Shown piece after piece: positions 1 to 8,905 of a stretch of DNA of 20,000 bases. Both the position numbers and the translations under genes were made by a program. Location: IMG/VR virus record IMGVR_UViG_3300025889_017362, one strand, 5' to 3'. The notes below the pieces were generated by a model that worked only from the letters and a program-made list of their open reading frames with translations, was not told the origin of the DNA and searched no databases. Each line of letters opens with the position of its first letter. The stretch's first letter is position 1. The stretch is from an uncultured virus (IMG/VR IMGVR_UViG_3300025889_017362) (lineage: Duplodnaviria; Heunggongvirae; Uroviricota; Caudoviricetes).

Positions 1-1755
1 ACATTAGACAATGTAAAACCATACATCGTTTCTGATTTTGTCATTGTAGATGGTGGCTCAACTGATGGCACTTTAGAGTTGTTACAAAAGTTTCAGACCG
101 AAGTAGGAGAAGATAGAGTAACCATACTTGAGAAAAAATGGGCCCACGATTTTGAAGTGCAGAAAAACTTTGCACTTGATAATACAAAAGAAGAGTGGAG
201 AGTGCTTATAGATGCTGATGAGAAGTTAGAGCATCTTCTTTGGAATCAACTTCCTTGGCATATTTGGGAGGCGGAAAAGAAGGGTGTTGATTGTATAAAT
301 CTGCCACGTATCAACATTGTAGATGGACTAGACCAAGAGATGGTCGAGAGGCAAGGTTGGTCATTATCATACTTTTCTTGGGTCAACTATCCCGACTACC
401 AACAGAGAGTTTATAAAAGAAATTGTCGTTATTCTGGTAGGACACATGAGCGGATAATTGGCGCCAAAAAAGATGCTGCCATAGTAGGTCAACACATTGT
501 CCATAGAAAAAGCGCTGCAAGACAACAAAGAGGCATTGATAGAGAACATGACCAATATCAGTTGGAAGCTAAACTTACAGCTAAGAGAATAAATGTATCT
601 CCTAATAAGAAACTTATTGTCCACTATTTACATCATCTTGGTTTAGGTGGCACAGCAAAGGTTGTACAGTTGTTGGCTAAATACTTTCCTAAAGACGATG
701 AGTTTCACCATGTGTTAGCTTACAAAGCTCACGGTGAAAGAGAAAGAGAGCCATACTTTGAGGATTATTTAGGTAAGGATAATCTTATTTGTTTTGCTTC
801 AGCTCCAGAGTTTTTATACATAATGAGAGAATTGAAACCTTTTGTTATACATAGACAAACTGCGGGAGGGCCAGAGTTTCCTTTTGTAAAGCCTGTTGAC
901 CAGTTTGCACAACATTTAATTTCAACCGCAATATTTGGTAGTAGAGATGATACCATAGAGATTGATAAGTGTGTATACATTAGTAATAATCTACAACACT
1001 GCTCTGGCCACGTTGGTAAAGATGCAACTCTCATTCGTATCCCCGTAGAATCGCCAAGGACAGACGAAGACCTTAGAGGGGAGTTAGATATACCCAAAGA
1101 TGCTTTCGTCTTTGGTAGAGTAGGTAGAGATGACGGAGACATCTATGACCCTGTAAACCTTGACGCCTATTCTATGGTAGAAAGAGAAGATACTTATTTT
1201 ATAGCACTCAACCCTTCTGACAACCTAAAAGAAAAGGCCGCAGAGTTAGGTGTAAAGAATGTACGTTGGGTAGAGCCAACATTAGACGATGTAAGGTTGA
1301 GTAAGTTTTATAATACAATAGACGTATTGGCTCATGCTCGTAAAGATGGTGAGTGTAATCCTGGCAATTGTTGGGAAGCAATGGCACACGGCAAACCCGT
1401 CATTAGCCACTTGGGTATTCCTTACAATGGACACATAGAAGAAATTGGTGATGCTGGTTTTGTTGTTATGAGAAAGAGTAATTTTCACAATGTGTGGCAG
1501 AGTGGAAATCCATCATCTATAGCTGATGTCCTTGATTATGCACGGAGTATCAACCTACCAAACTTTACCTGTGAAGATAGTAAGGGCCAGATAAAAAACA
1601 ACACAGAAGAGTATGCTCGTATTATGAAGGCTTTTATTGATAAGAAGATAGACTATGACTATCTTAGTAGTAGAGCCAAGCAGAGATGGTATGAAAGAGC
1701 GCGTCCAGAGGTTATTGTTGAAGAGCATCTAAAACTTTATAGAGAACTAAGATGA
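1..1755 (+). CDS. Bifunctional glycosyltransferase, N-terminal GT2 (GT-A) fused to C-terminal GT4-like (GT-B); 5'-truncated by window edge
   Basis: Frame 1 is open from base 1 (TLDNVKPYIVSDFVIVDGGSTDGTLELLQK), so the TTG at 79 is not the true start. GT2 motifs: IVDGGSTDGT, DFxxQKN, LIDADE, PDYQxR, HE. GT4 motifs: LGLGGT, FVFGRVGR, E-x7-E (ECNPGNCWE), AMAHGKPVI. Confidence 0.88.
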   Translation, partial: TLDNVKPYIVSDFVIVDGGSTDGTLELLQKFQTEVGEDRVTILEKKWAHDFEVQKNFALDNTKEEWRVLIDADEKLEHLLWNQLPWHIWEAEKKGVDCINLPRINIVDGLDQEMVERQGWSLSYFSWVNYPDYQQRVYKRNCRYSGRTHERIIGAKKDAAIVGQHIVHRKSAARQQRGIDREHDQYQLEAKLTAKRINVSPNKKLIVHYLHHLGLGGTAKVVQLLAKYFPKDDEFHHVLAYKAHGEREREPYFEDYLGKDNLICFASAPEFLYIMRELKPFVIHRQTAGGPEFPFVKPVDQFAQHLISTAIFGSRDDTIEIDKCVYISNNLQHCSGHVGKDATLIRIPVESPRTDEDLRGELDIPKDAFVFGRVGRDDGDIYDPVNLDAYSMVEREDTYFIALNPSDNLKEKAAELGVKNVRWVEPTLDDVRLSKFYNTIDVLAHARKDGECNPGNCWEAMAHGKPVISHLGIPYNGHIEEIGDAGFVVMRKSNFHNVWQSGNPSSIADVLDYARSINLPNFTCEDSKGQIKNNTEEYARIMKAFIDKKIDYDYLSSRAKQRWYERARPEVIVEEHLKLYRELR

Positions 1756-2357
1756 GTGATAATGAAGAAAGATATGACTTAGGAGAGTATGACCACGCAT
1801 TTTTTCGTGATAACCAAGACGAGCAGTTTAGGTTTGGTGGTTTCATTATACCTAAACTCAATGACTTACTTAAACCAAAAACAGTTGTAGACATTGGTTG
1901 TGCGGGTGGTGGTCAGATAGAGTTATGGAGAAACCTTGAAGTTGATGCAAGAGGTGTAGAAGGGTCACCTAACATAGATGAAATAATATCAAGAGTTGCA
2001 CAAGAGTTTATTCTATCACATGACTTGAGGGATAAACTAGAGTCACCCATTATTGATAATGTTGATTTAGTACAAAGTTACGAAGTAGCAGAGCATATAG
2101 AGCATGATTTCTCTGAAGTATTTGTTGAAAACATAACAATACACAATCCAAAAAAGATTATAATGACAGCTGCTCCGCCTGGCCAAGGTGGTACTCATCA
2201 TGTTAATTGTCAGAATAAAGATTATTGGGTTGAAAGATTTGAAAAAAATGGTTATAATATAGATAGTGAAACAGAAGATACGGTGAGGACATGGGGCAAT
2301 CCACCAGATAGTGCACCGTGGTTTCTACCTAACCTAATGGTTTTTAAGAGAGGATAG
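1752..2357 (+). CDS. Class I SAM-dependent methyltransferase (glycan-locus type)
   Basis: Motif I VVDIGCAGG, GVEGS, DLVQSYEVAEHI, AAPPGQGGTHHVN; ATGA overlap with the upstream GT. Confidence 0.85.
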   Translation: MSDNEERYDLGEYDHAFFRDNQDEQFRFGGFIIPKLNDLLKPKTVVDIGCAGGGQIELWRNLEVDARGVEGSPNIDEIISRVAQEFILSHDLRDKLESPIIDNVDLVQSYEVAEHIEHDFSEVFVENITIHNPKKIIMTAAPPGQGGTHHVNCQNKDYWVERFEKNGYNIDSETEDTVRTWGNPPDSAPWFLPNLMVFKRG

Positions 2358-2363
2358 TTAGTA

Positions 2364-3158
2364 ATGGCTGATTTGAAAGACATTCACCACATTGTAATCG
2401 GTTATGATAGGGTAAAAGAGTATGTTATAAATAGAGAGATTATTAGATACAACTTTCCAGATGGTTTAGACTTGTGGTTGACTACTGTCTTCAATGGTAA
2501 CTTAGAAAAACTTGCTAGTGGTTGTGGTGAGAATACATTTATTACTATTCCAGAAAATACAGGTTATGCTTATGGGGCATTAGATGCTATCAATGCTGGT
2601 TTGAGATTTGCCAACGCATCTTATAGAGACATTGTTGTATTGACTAACTTTGATGGCTTCTTTTTCAATCAAGAGAAATACGAAAACCTTATTGATGACT
2701 TTATTGCAAGTGGAAAGCCTTTTGGGGCCGGTAAACATCAATCACATGAGTTTCCTATGTCTGACCTTATGTTATTCAAGAAGGACTTCCTCAAAGAGTT
2801 TCTACCTTTGAAACCAGAAGTATATTCGCCAAGAAAAGAAATAGATTTTTTACAGAAGGAATATCAAGGCACAGAGCTTGGTTTTGATAATGTAGAAGAA
2901 TGGGTGCTGAATGCCCTACATTCTGTAGGCAGTCCAGATGACTTGTGGTGGGAGTTTCAGAGAGATGGACACCCACGTTATCGTTTTACAGAAAAGTATG
3001 CCTTTGGCCACCTACATGAGCCAAGTGATGTATCAGCTATGTTGGACAAGTATAACATCATAAAGGGACATAACATCACAAGGTTTCTTGGAAAAGAGAT
3101 TGAGCACGTGCCTTTGGCAGAAATAAGAAGACCAGACGGGTCAAACTTCTCTGCATAA
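2364..3158 (+). CDS. Putative GT-A fold glycosyltransferase (divergent GT2-like)
   Basis: ENTGYAYGALDAINAGLRFA...DIVVLTNFD resembles the GT2 NxGyA-N-G-A...D-v-l-N-D segment; sits between GT and MTase genes; GAGGA SD upstream. Confidence 0.55.
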   Translation: MADLKDIHHIVIGYDRVKEYVINREIIRYNFPDGLDLWLTTVFNGNLEKLASGCGENTFITIPENTGYAYGALDAINAGLRFANASYRDIVVLTNFDGFFFNQEKYENLIDDFIASGKPFGAGKHQSHEFPMSDLMLFKKDFLKEFLPLKPEVYSPRKEIDFLQKEYQGTELGFDNVEEWVLNALHSVGSPDDLWWEFQRDGHPRYRFTEKYAFGHLHEPSDVSAMLDKYNIIKGHNITRFLGKEIEHVPLAEIRRPDGSNFSA

Positions 3159-3160
3159 CT

Positions 3161-4255
3161 ATGCCCTATCAAAGATTAACATTAGATACAGCCAGTCTAT
3201 CTATTGATTGGAATTCAGGCTCAACCAAGAAAGTTGTTATTCATCATCTTAATGGCTTAGGTCTTGGTGGCACAGAGGGTATGGTGCAGATTTTACTTGG
3301 ATGGTTATCTAAGTATGATAAAAAGTATGACCACTATTTGGCATACAAAGCCGATGGTGATAAGACAAGAGAGCCATACTTTAAAGATGCCGTTGGGTCT
3401 AGTAGAATGATTTGCTATACTAGTCAACATCAACTATTAGAAAAAGTAAAACAACTAAATCCTTTTGTACTTCATCGTTATAGTGCAGGTATACCAGAGT
3501 GGCCGCTTGTTCCACAAATAAAAGAATACTGCAAACACTTTCTGAGCACAGCAGTATTTGCTAACCAAGATGATAGTATAGAAATCTCAAGAGTGATTTA
3601 TGTATCTCAACAACTAAAGATGGCAGCTGGTTTTGGAGATAATCCTAAACACGTTGTATTAAGAAATTCAATTGAAAGTCCTTACTCAAATGAAAATCTA
3701 AGAGAAGAGCTCGGTATCCCCGCTGACGCTTTTGTTTTTGGTAGAATAGGAAGAGATGATGAAAACATTTATGACCCGATTAATCTGGAGGCTTATGGGC
3801 AAGTTGAGACTTCCAGAACCTTTTTTGTTATTGTTAATGCATCCGATTTATGCAGGGCTGATATTAGCAGGCTTGGTATTGCTAATGCTAAATTTATAGA
3901 TAAGACAACATCTAAAGAAAGACTTAGTAAGTTTTACAATACCATTGATGTTTTAGCTCATGCCAGAAAAGATGGAGAGTGTAACCCAGCAAATGTTTGG
4001 GAGGCTGCAGCCCACGGTAAGCCTGTTATCTCACATTATGGACAAACATTCAACGGCCACATAGAGACAATAGCCGACACTGGTTTTGTTGTCTTACCAA
4101 ATGATACTAGTGAGTATACCCGTATTATGAAAGGTTTTATTGATGGCAGTATTGAGTACAAATACTATAGTGATAGAGCCAAACAAAACTGGCATGATGT
4201 ATGTAGACCAGAAATAATTGGAAGAAAGTATTTAGACATACTCAATAGTTTATAA
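3161..4255 (+). CDS. GT4-like (GT-B) glycosyltransferase, paralog of the C-terminal domain of the first ORF
   Basis: GLGLGGTE, FVFGRIGR, E-x7-E (ECNPANVWE), HGKPVI; shares RLSKFYNTIDVLAHARKDGECNP exactly with ORF 1..1755. Confidence 0.88.
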   Translation: MPYQRLTLDTASLSIDWNSGSTKKVVIHHLNGLGLGGTEGMVQILLGWLSKYDKKYDHYLAYKADGDKTREPYFKDAVGSSRMICYTSQHQLLEKVKQLNPFVLHRYSAGIPEWPLVPQIKEYCKHFLSTAVFANQDDSIEISRVIYVSQQLKMAAGFGDNPKHVVLRNSIESPYSNENLREELGIPADAFVFGRIGRDDENIYDPINLEAYGQVETSRTFFVIVNASDLCRADISRLGIANAKFIDKTTSKERLSKFYNTIDVLAHARKDGECNPANVWEAAAHGKPVISHYGQTFNGHIETIADTGFVVLPNDTSEYTRIMKGFIDGSIEYKYYSDRAKQNWHDVCRPEIIGRKYLDILNSL

Positions 4256-4257
4256 AG

Positions 4258-4298
4258 CCTCCTTTTTGTATTATACTATGTATCAATAAAAAAGACAA
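4258..4298 (-). promoter_or_regulatory. Minus-strand sigma70-like promoter (TTGTCT-N17-TATAAT) followed by AGGAGG
   Basis: Reverse complement reads TTGTCT (4298-4293), 17 nt, TATAAT (4275-4270), then AGGAGG (4263-4258); points into the 3' end of the GT4 gene. Confidence 0.5.
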
Positions 4299-4342
4299 AG
4301 ATACAATGAAAGAATTGGTAATAACACAAAGGATGGTGAATA

Positions 4343-5329
4343 ATGGCTAAGTGCTTCATCACGGGATGTGCAGGTTTTGTGGCGAGCAATCTTGCCCGCA
4401 CCCTACTAAATAAGGGTCATCAAGTAGTCGGTATAGATAATTTTTCCTGTGGTTTTCGTAAAAACATGGAAGATTTTTATAACCACCCTAACTTTACATT
4501 TTATGAGCAAGACATTAGGGACATTTCTCCAAGTGAAGTATCATACGATGCTGTGTGGCATCTTGCCGCAAGAGGTGAGTTGTATTGGGTAAGAGATAAC
4601 ATTGACGAGGCCATAGACATCAATGTAAAAGGCACTCTAAAAATGCTTGACTTTGCTAAGTCTGCTAATGCTCAACATTTTTATTTTGCAGATACTTCAG
4701 CCGAATACGATAACATAAAAGGTGAAGAAAACTATCCTACCGCTGAAAAAGATGCACCAAACATAAACACTCCAATGGGTTATTATGCTATTACTAAAAT
4801 GGCAGCATCTCAATTTATAAGAAGTTATGGTGAAACAAACGGCATAGGCACTACCTTATTTCGTTACACTAATATTTACGGCCCATCAATGAATCTCAAA
4901 AGAGACATTCCACCAGTTGTTGGGTCTTTTACAAATAGAATGTTTGATGGTGAGATACCTATTATTTATGGTACAGGCCGCAAACGTAGAGATTTCTTAC
5001 ACATTGATGACCTAAACGATTTTCACTATGCCTCTTTTGAAAACAGACAAGATAAAACTGATTCACAAACATACAATGCAGGTTGTGGTAAAAACTATGA
5101 AATCTTAGAAATAAGAAGATTGGTTTATAATGCTTGTATGAAAAGATATGATGGCACACCTTCTGGAATTTTGTATAAACCAGAACAACCAAATGAAGCT
5201 GAGATTACTCAAGCAGACATCTCAAAAGCAAAAGAAGATTGGGGTTGGGAGCCTAAGTTGTCAATTGAAGAAGGTATTGATAGGACAGTAGAAAGTTTAT
5301 GGCAACTAAGGGTAAAAAATAATGCTTGA
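4343..5329 (+). CDS. NAD-dependent nucleotide-sugar epimerase/dehydratase (extended SDR)
   Basis: TGCAGFVAS Rossmann loop, IDN, HLAA, YAITK catalytic YxxxK, RYTNIYGP, RDFLHIDD, GWEPK. Confidence 0.92.
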   Translation: MAKCFITGCAGFVASNLARTLLNKGHQVVGIDNFSCGFRKNMEDFYNHPNFTFYEQDIRDISPSEVSYDAVWHLAARGELYWVRDNIDEAIDINVKGTLKMLDFAKSANAQHFYFADTSAEYDNIKGEENYPTAEKDAPNINTPMGYYAITKMAASQFIRSYGETNGIGTTLFRYTNIYGPSMNLKRDIPPVVGSFTNRMFDGEIPIIYGTGRKRRDFLHIDDLNDFHYASFENRQDKTDSQTYNAGCGKNYEILEIRRLVYNACMKRYDGTPSGILYKPEQPNEAEITQADISKAKEDWGWEPKLSIEEGIDRTVESLWQLRVKNNA

Positions 5330-5354
5330 CAAAATAGATTCCAATACCTATATT
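5323..5354 (+). promoter_or_regulatory. Sigma70-type promoter TGCTTGACA-N17-TATATT (copy 1)
   Basis: TTGACA 5326-5331, 17-nt spacer, TATATT 5349-5354; precedes the AGGAG SD of ORF 5388 and the hddA-gmhA genes. Confidence 0.85.
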
Positions 5355-5387
5355 ATGTATACATTATAAAAAATAGGAGAGAATCAA

Positions 5388-5708
5388 ATGACGGTTAGTG
5401 TTGATAGACAAGGTAGAGAAAGAATAGATAGTCTTAAGGTTGCAAATGATGGTAAGAAGTATATCTATGAAAGCCCCGATAATGGCAAGACCATCTATAG
5501 ACGAGAGATAAAAAACTATGATGATGTTTCTGGTATCAAGGTAGAATCAAATGACGGTTGGAGTGCATACGATGTTGATAGCAACGACCCTATGATAATG
5601 TATTGCAATCTTCAAGATGCCATTAAACATATTGAGTATTTAGAGAATAAAATAAAAAAGATGACCGATACTATTGATAACATACAGAATTTAATAAGGC
5701 AACTATGA
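5388..5708 (+). CDS. Hypothetical phage protein with YESPDxGxTxYxR motif and C-terminal coiled coil
   Basis: AGGAG SD; IYESPDNGKTIYRR is a motif I recall from small phage proteins; heptad-like C-terminus; ATGA overlap with the next gene. Confidence 0.75.
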   Translation: MTVSVDRQGRERIDSLKVANDGKKYIYESPDNGKTIYRREIKNYDDVSGIKVESNDGWSAYDVDSNDPMIMYCNLQDAIKHIEYLENKIKKMTDTIDNIQNLIRQL

Positions 5709-6712
5709 TTATAACAAAGACACCACTGAGAATAACATTCGCTGGTGGTGGCTCTGATATGCCATCATTCTTTGAGGATAACGGCGGTCATTGTATAAAT
5801 GCAACGATAGATAAGTATGTCTATGTTTTGGTGAAGAAACGACCAGATAATAAAATCTATCTAAAGTATTCTGAAAATGAAGTTGTAGACACAAACACAA
5901 TCTTTGAAATACAACACGACTTTATCAGAGAGACACTTATCTATCTTGGTGTTGACTATGGTTTAGAGATTATCAACTGGGCAGACATACCAACAAAGGG
6001 TAGTGGTCTTGGTAGTAGTGGAAGTTTTCTTGTTGGTTTGCTAAATGCCATTCATACACTTGAAGGTAATTATGTCAGTAAAGAAAACTTAGCACAACAG
6101 GCATCACACATAGAAATGGTTTTATGTGGTAAACCTATAGGTTATCAAGACCAGTATGCTGCTGCTTTTGGCGGCCTCAATGAAATAACCTTTTCTGGAA
6201 AAGAAAGCCATAGGGTAGAAGTTAAGCCACTAATAAAGAAACAAGACCAACTAAACCTTATCTCTCAAAACCTATTGTTGTTTTATACTGGTATAACAAG
6301 AGAAAGCTCAACAGTTTTAGAAGACCAAAATAAAAACTTGATGAGTAAAGATGATAGTATAAAGGCCATGAAGGAAAATGTTAGACTATCAAAGTGGCTC
6401 GTTGAGCATCTTCATAATAAAGAGTATCAATACATAGGTCATGCACTGAGAATGAATTGGGACTTAAAACTAAAGTTTAGTGATAAGATTGTAAACAAAG
6501 AGTTGGTAAAGATGTATGAAACCGCCAGAGATGCAGGTGCTACTGGCGGAAAGATAATAGGTGCAGGTGGTGGTGGTTTTATGATGTTTTATGTTGATAG
6601 AGCAAAACAACAACTGATGGAAAAGATGGTTAGTGAATTAGGTAATTACAGAGCTATGGATTTTAAAATTGATTGTTATGGTAGTAGAGTTTTACTAAAT
6701 GTGGAGACCTAA
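5705..6712 (+). CDS. hddA: GHMP sugar kinase, D-glycero-alpha-D-manno-heptose 7-phosphate kinase (HddA) type
   Basis: TPLRITFAGGGSD, PTKGSGLGSSG, GYQDQYAAAFGG, GGKIIGAGGGGF; adjacent to a GmhA-like gene. Confidence 0.88.
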   Translation: MIITKTPLRITFAGGGSDMPSFFEDNGGHCINATIDKYVYVLVKKRPDNKIYLKYSENEVVDTNTIFEIQHDFIRETLIYLGVDYGLEIINWADIPTKGSGLGSSGSFLVGLLNAIHTLEGNYVSKENLAQQASHIEMVLCGKPIGYQDQYAAAFGGLNEITFSGKESHRVEVKPLIKKQDQLNLISQNLLLFYTGITRESSTVLEDQNKNLMSKDDSIKAMKENVRLSKWLVEHLHNKEYQYIGHALRMNWDLKLKFSDKIVNKELVKMYETARDAGATGGKIIGAGGGGFMMFYVDRAKQQLMEKMVSELGNYRAMDFKIDCYGSRVLLNVET

Positions 6713-6713
6713 A

Positions 6714-7283
6714 TTGAAAACAATGACAATAACAGATTATAAAGAAGAAGTTATAAGGTGTGTATCAGAGCTTGACAATGAAGTTTTAGATTTTGTCAAG
6801 AATAGATTGCAACAAGATTATCAATATAATAAACAAGCATTGTGGTCTAAACAGGTTGCTAATGTCTATCTGATAGGTAATGGTGGTAGTCATGCTATTG
6901 CCGAGCATATTGCAACAGACCTCTATAAAAGATGTCGTATAAGGGCTCATACACTTAGTAATAATAGTTTACTTACTGCTCTAACTAATGACTATAGTCA
7001 AGAAGATGCGCTGGCTCATTGGCTAAAAATGCAAAAGATAAGAAGGTCAGATTATGTCATTGCGGTTTCATCATCTGGTAAATCGCCAAACATAATAAAG
7101 GCTTTAGAGTTTGCTGGTGAATTAGAATGTAATACATTGTCTATATTTGGATTTGATGGTGAAGCTGTGTTGACAAGTGATAGAGATAAGTTTATAAAAA
7201 TAGATAGTCACAATTACGGTGTAGTTGAATTAACATCAGAGATTGCACTTCACGCTATCGTAGAAGAGCTAGTTGTAGAATAG
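6714..7283 (+). CDS. gmhA: SIS-domain phosphoheptose isomerase (sedoheptulose 7-phosphate isomerase, GmhA-like)
   Basis: GNGGSHAIAEH, TALTNDY, SSSGKSPNII, GFDG, NYGVVE. Start placed at TTG 6714 (GGAG at 6703-6706); ATG 6723 is the alternative. Confidence 0.85.
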   Translation: MKTMTITDYKEEVIRCVSELDNEVLDFVKNRLQQDYQYNKQALWSKQVANVYLIGNGGSHAIAEHIATDLYKRCRIRAHTLSNNSLLTALTNDYSQEDALAHWLKMQKIRRSDYVIAVSSSGKSPNIIKALEFAGELECNTLSIFGFDGEAVLTSDRDKFIKIDSHNYGVVELTSEIALHAIVEELVVE

Positions 7284-7294
7284 GAGAATAAAAG

Positions 7295-7468
7295 ATGGCA
7301 AGGTTGTTACAACAAGTTTTACACAATAAAGAGGCAGAGGTTATCCTAATAACAGTTTCGGATAAAATCTCATCTGATGCACTAAAGAAAATTTACAACC
7401 TTATACTTGATGAAGAAATAAAGAGTATAAAAAATCCTACACCAAAGGATACTAAAAATGAGCAATAA
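7295..7468 (+). CDS. Small hypothetical protein, 57 aa (not in ORF track)
   Basis: AGGAG SD at 7282-7286, ATG 7295, MARLLQQVLH...KDTKNEQ*, fills the gap and overlaps the next gene by 11 nt. Confidence 0.7.
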   Translation: MARLLQQVLHNKEAEVILITVSDKISSDALKKIYNLILDEEIKSIKNPTPKDTKNEQ

Positions 7469-7709
7469 TGTTACAGACTTCCCTATGGATAAGGCTAATG
7501 TTTCTAATGAGAATTTGTGGAAGTGTGATGCCTGTAAACATACCATTACAGAGGCGATGGAAAAAGAAAACGCTCCAAAGAGCAAGGTCTTACCTATGAA
7601 TCTTGGCGGTATTGCTATCTATGTCTGCCCTAATTGTCGGACATTCCAACTGCCAGAAGAAGTTTATGATGCCATTCTGAAAAAAGCCGAAAGTAGAATT
7701 ATTTCGTAA
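7458..7709 (+). CDS. Small zinc-ribbon protein
   Basis: CDAC...CPNC pair; AAGGA SD. Confidence 0.75.
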   Translation: MSNNVTDFPMDKANVSNENLWKCDACKHTITEAMEKENAPKSKVLPMNLGGIAIYVCPNCRTFQLPEEVYDAILKKAESRIIS

Positions 7710-7714
7710 AATAG

Positions 7715-7746
7715 TGCTTGACAGGCCTTGACTAGTTCCTTATATT
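7715..7746 (+). promoter_or_regulatory. Sigma70-type promoter TGCTTGACA-N17-TATATT (copy 2)
   Basis: TTGACA 7718-7723, 17-nt spacer, TATATT 7741-7746, upstream of the AAGGTG SD and ORF 7778. Confidence 0.85.
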
Positions 7747-7777
7747 GGTATCATAACATTTTTATAAAAGGTGATAA

Positions 7778-8572
7778 ATGTTAGAAAACATAAATGACTA
7801 CGATACAATAATACTCGGTTTTGGGGCACACACAATAAAGAATAGGTGTATCAAACAACTAAAGCCACTTTTTGAGACTGGCAAGATAGATGCTTTTGTA
7901 ACTAACGGAGCATCTATCTTACATGATACAGAAATTGCCTTGTATGACGATACCAGTGAAGATGTTGGTGCTACAATCAAAGAGGGTGAGTTTGGTTGGA
8001 ATAGAAGAAGTTGTGGAGACCTAAACAATTTTGTTAGTAATACAAGGTCTGATTCGTTAGGTAGGATGATTTCTGGTTTCATTGGTTGGCAAGGTAAACA
8101 TAGAGATAAGTCAGTATTTTGGCAGGCTCATCAAAACCAAGTACAACCTATTGTATCTATTGGCATAGGACACGACATCTATCAAATGTATGGAAACTTT
8201 GATCCTGCTGCTTGGGCCACAGCATCTTATGAAGATTTTGTTAGACTAACAAAGACAATCTCTGAAGCTAAAAGAGGGTTGTTTGTTTGTGTAGGTAGTA
8301 AAGTATTTGTGCCAATGGTTATAGAGAAAGCTTTTTCGACAGCTAAAAACCGTGGTAGTGAATGTGTTTTTGATAGTCTAGTTTGTGACTTATTTACACT
8401 AGAGGATGTTGATGGTAGTGAATACACAGAAAAAGACACACATAAAGTCGGATACTATGAAAGACAACTAAAAACATTCAGTAGAATTTCTGAAGAGATA
8501 AACTATTGGAGAGCTGATAATAGAGCAGTTTACGAACGTCTTTATCAAATGATAATGGAAGGAAGAAAATAA
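7778..8572 (+). CDS. Deoxyhypusine-synthase-like (DHS fold) protein of unknown function
   Basis: ILGFGAHTIK, VTNGASILHDTEIAL, TSEDV, GEFG, GIGHDI, VGSKVFVPMVIEKA match my recollection of a bacterial DHS-like uncharacterised family (GAHVIK...NGA..HD.E.A...TSEDV). Confidence 0.65.
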   Translation: MLENINDYDTIILGFGAHTIKNRCIKQLKPLFETGKIDAFVTNGASILHDTEIALYDDTSEDVGATIKEGEFGWNRRSCGDLNNFVSNTRSDSLGRMISGFIGWQGKHRDKSVFWQAHQNQVQPIVSIGIGHDIYQMYGNFDPAAWATASYEDFVRLTKTISEAKRGLFVCVGSKVFVPMVIEKAFSTAKNRGSECVFDSLVCDLFTLEDVDGSEYTEKDTHKVGYYERQLKTFSRISEEINYWRADNRAVYERLYQMIMEGRK

Positions 8573-8574
8573 TA

Positions 8575-8691
8575 ATGAAACTAATAGTAAAAGAAGGTTA
8601 CTACGAAGCGCCAACTATAATTTCTCTTCTTTGTGAAGTTGTTAAACACAGGTGTTGGCATCTTATAAATCACGGTAAGTGGTCTGATTAA
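8575..8691 (+). CDS. Small hypothetical protein, 38 aa (not in ORF track)
   Basis: MKLIVKEGYYEAPTIISLLCEVVKHRCWHLINHGKWSD*; starts 2 nt after the upstream stop, GGAAGG upstream, fills the gap. Confidence 0.6.
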   Translation: MKLIVKEGYYEAPTIISLLCEVVKHRCWHLINHGKWSD

Positions 8692-8707
8692 ATAGATAGG
8701 AAAATAA

Positions 8708-8905
8708 ATGAATAGTATCGGTAGTTTAGAAAGACAATTGATGGATGCCTTTGATGAACAAGAAGGCAAAGAAAGAGAACAAGGTGAAAAAGTATTAGGT
8801 GATTCACCTCGTCCAAAGACCAAGTTTCCATACACAAGACGTTGGAGAAAGACAAGAAAGACTCGTCTAAAGATGGCCAGAGAGAGTAGAAAAGCTAATA
8901 GATGA
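8708..8905 (+). CDS. Small protein with acidic N-half and Arg/Lys-rich C-half
   Basis: AGGA SD; ATGA overlap with the next GT; tail RRWRKTRKTRLKMARESRKANR. Confidence 0.7.
   Translation: MNSIGSLERQLMDAFDEQEGKEREQGEKVLGDSPRPKTKFPYTRRWRKTRKTRLKMARESRKANR

Noticed and set aside
4306..4350. 14-codon uORF overlapping the epimerase start
   Set aside because: No SD and too short to distinguish from chance.
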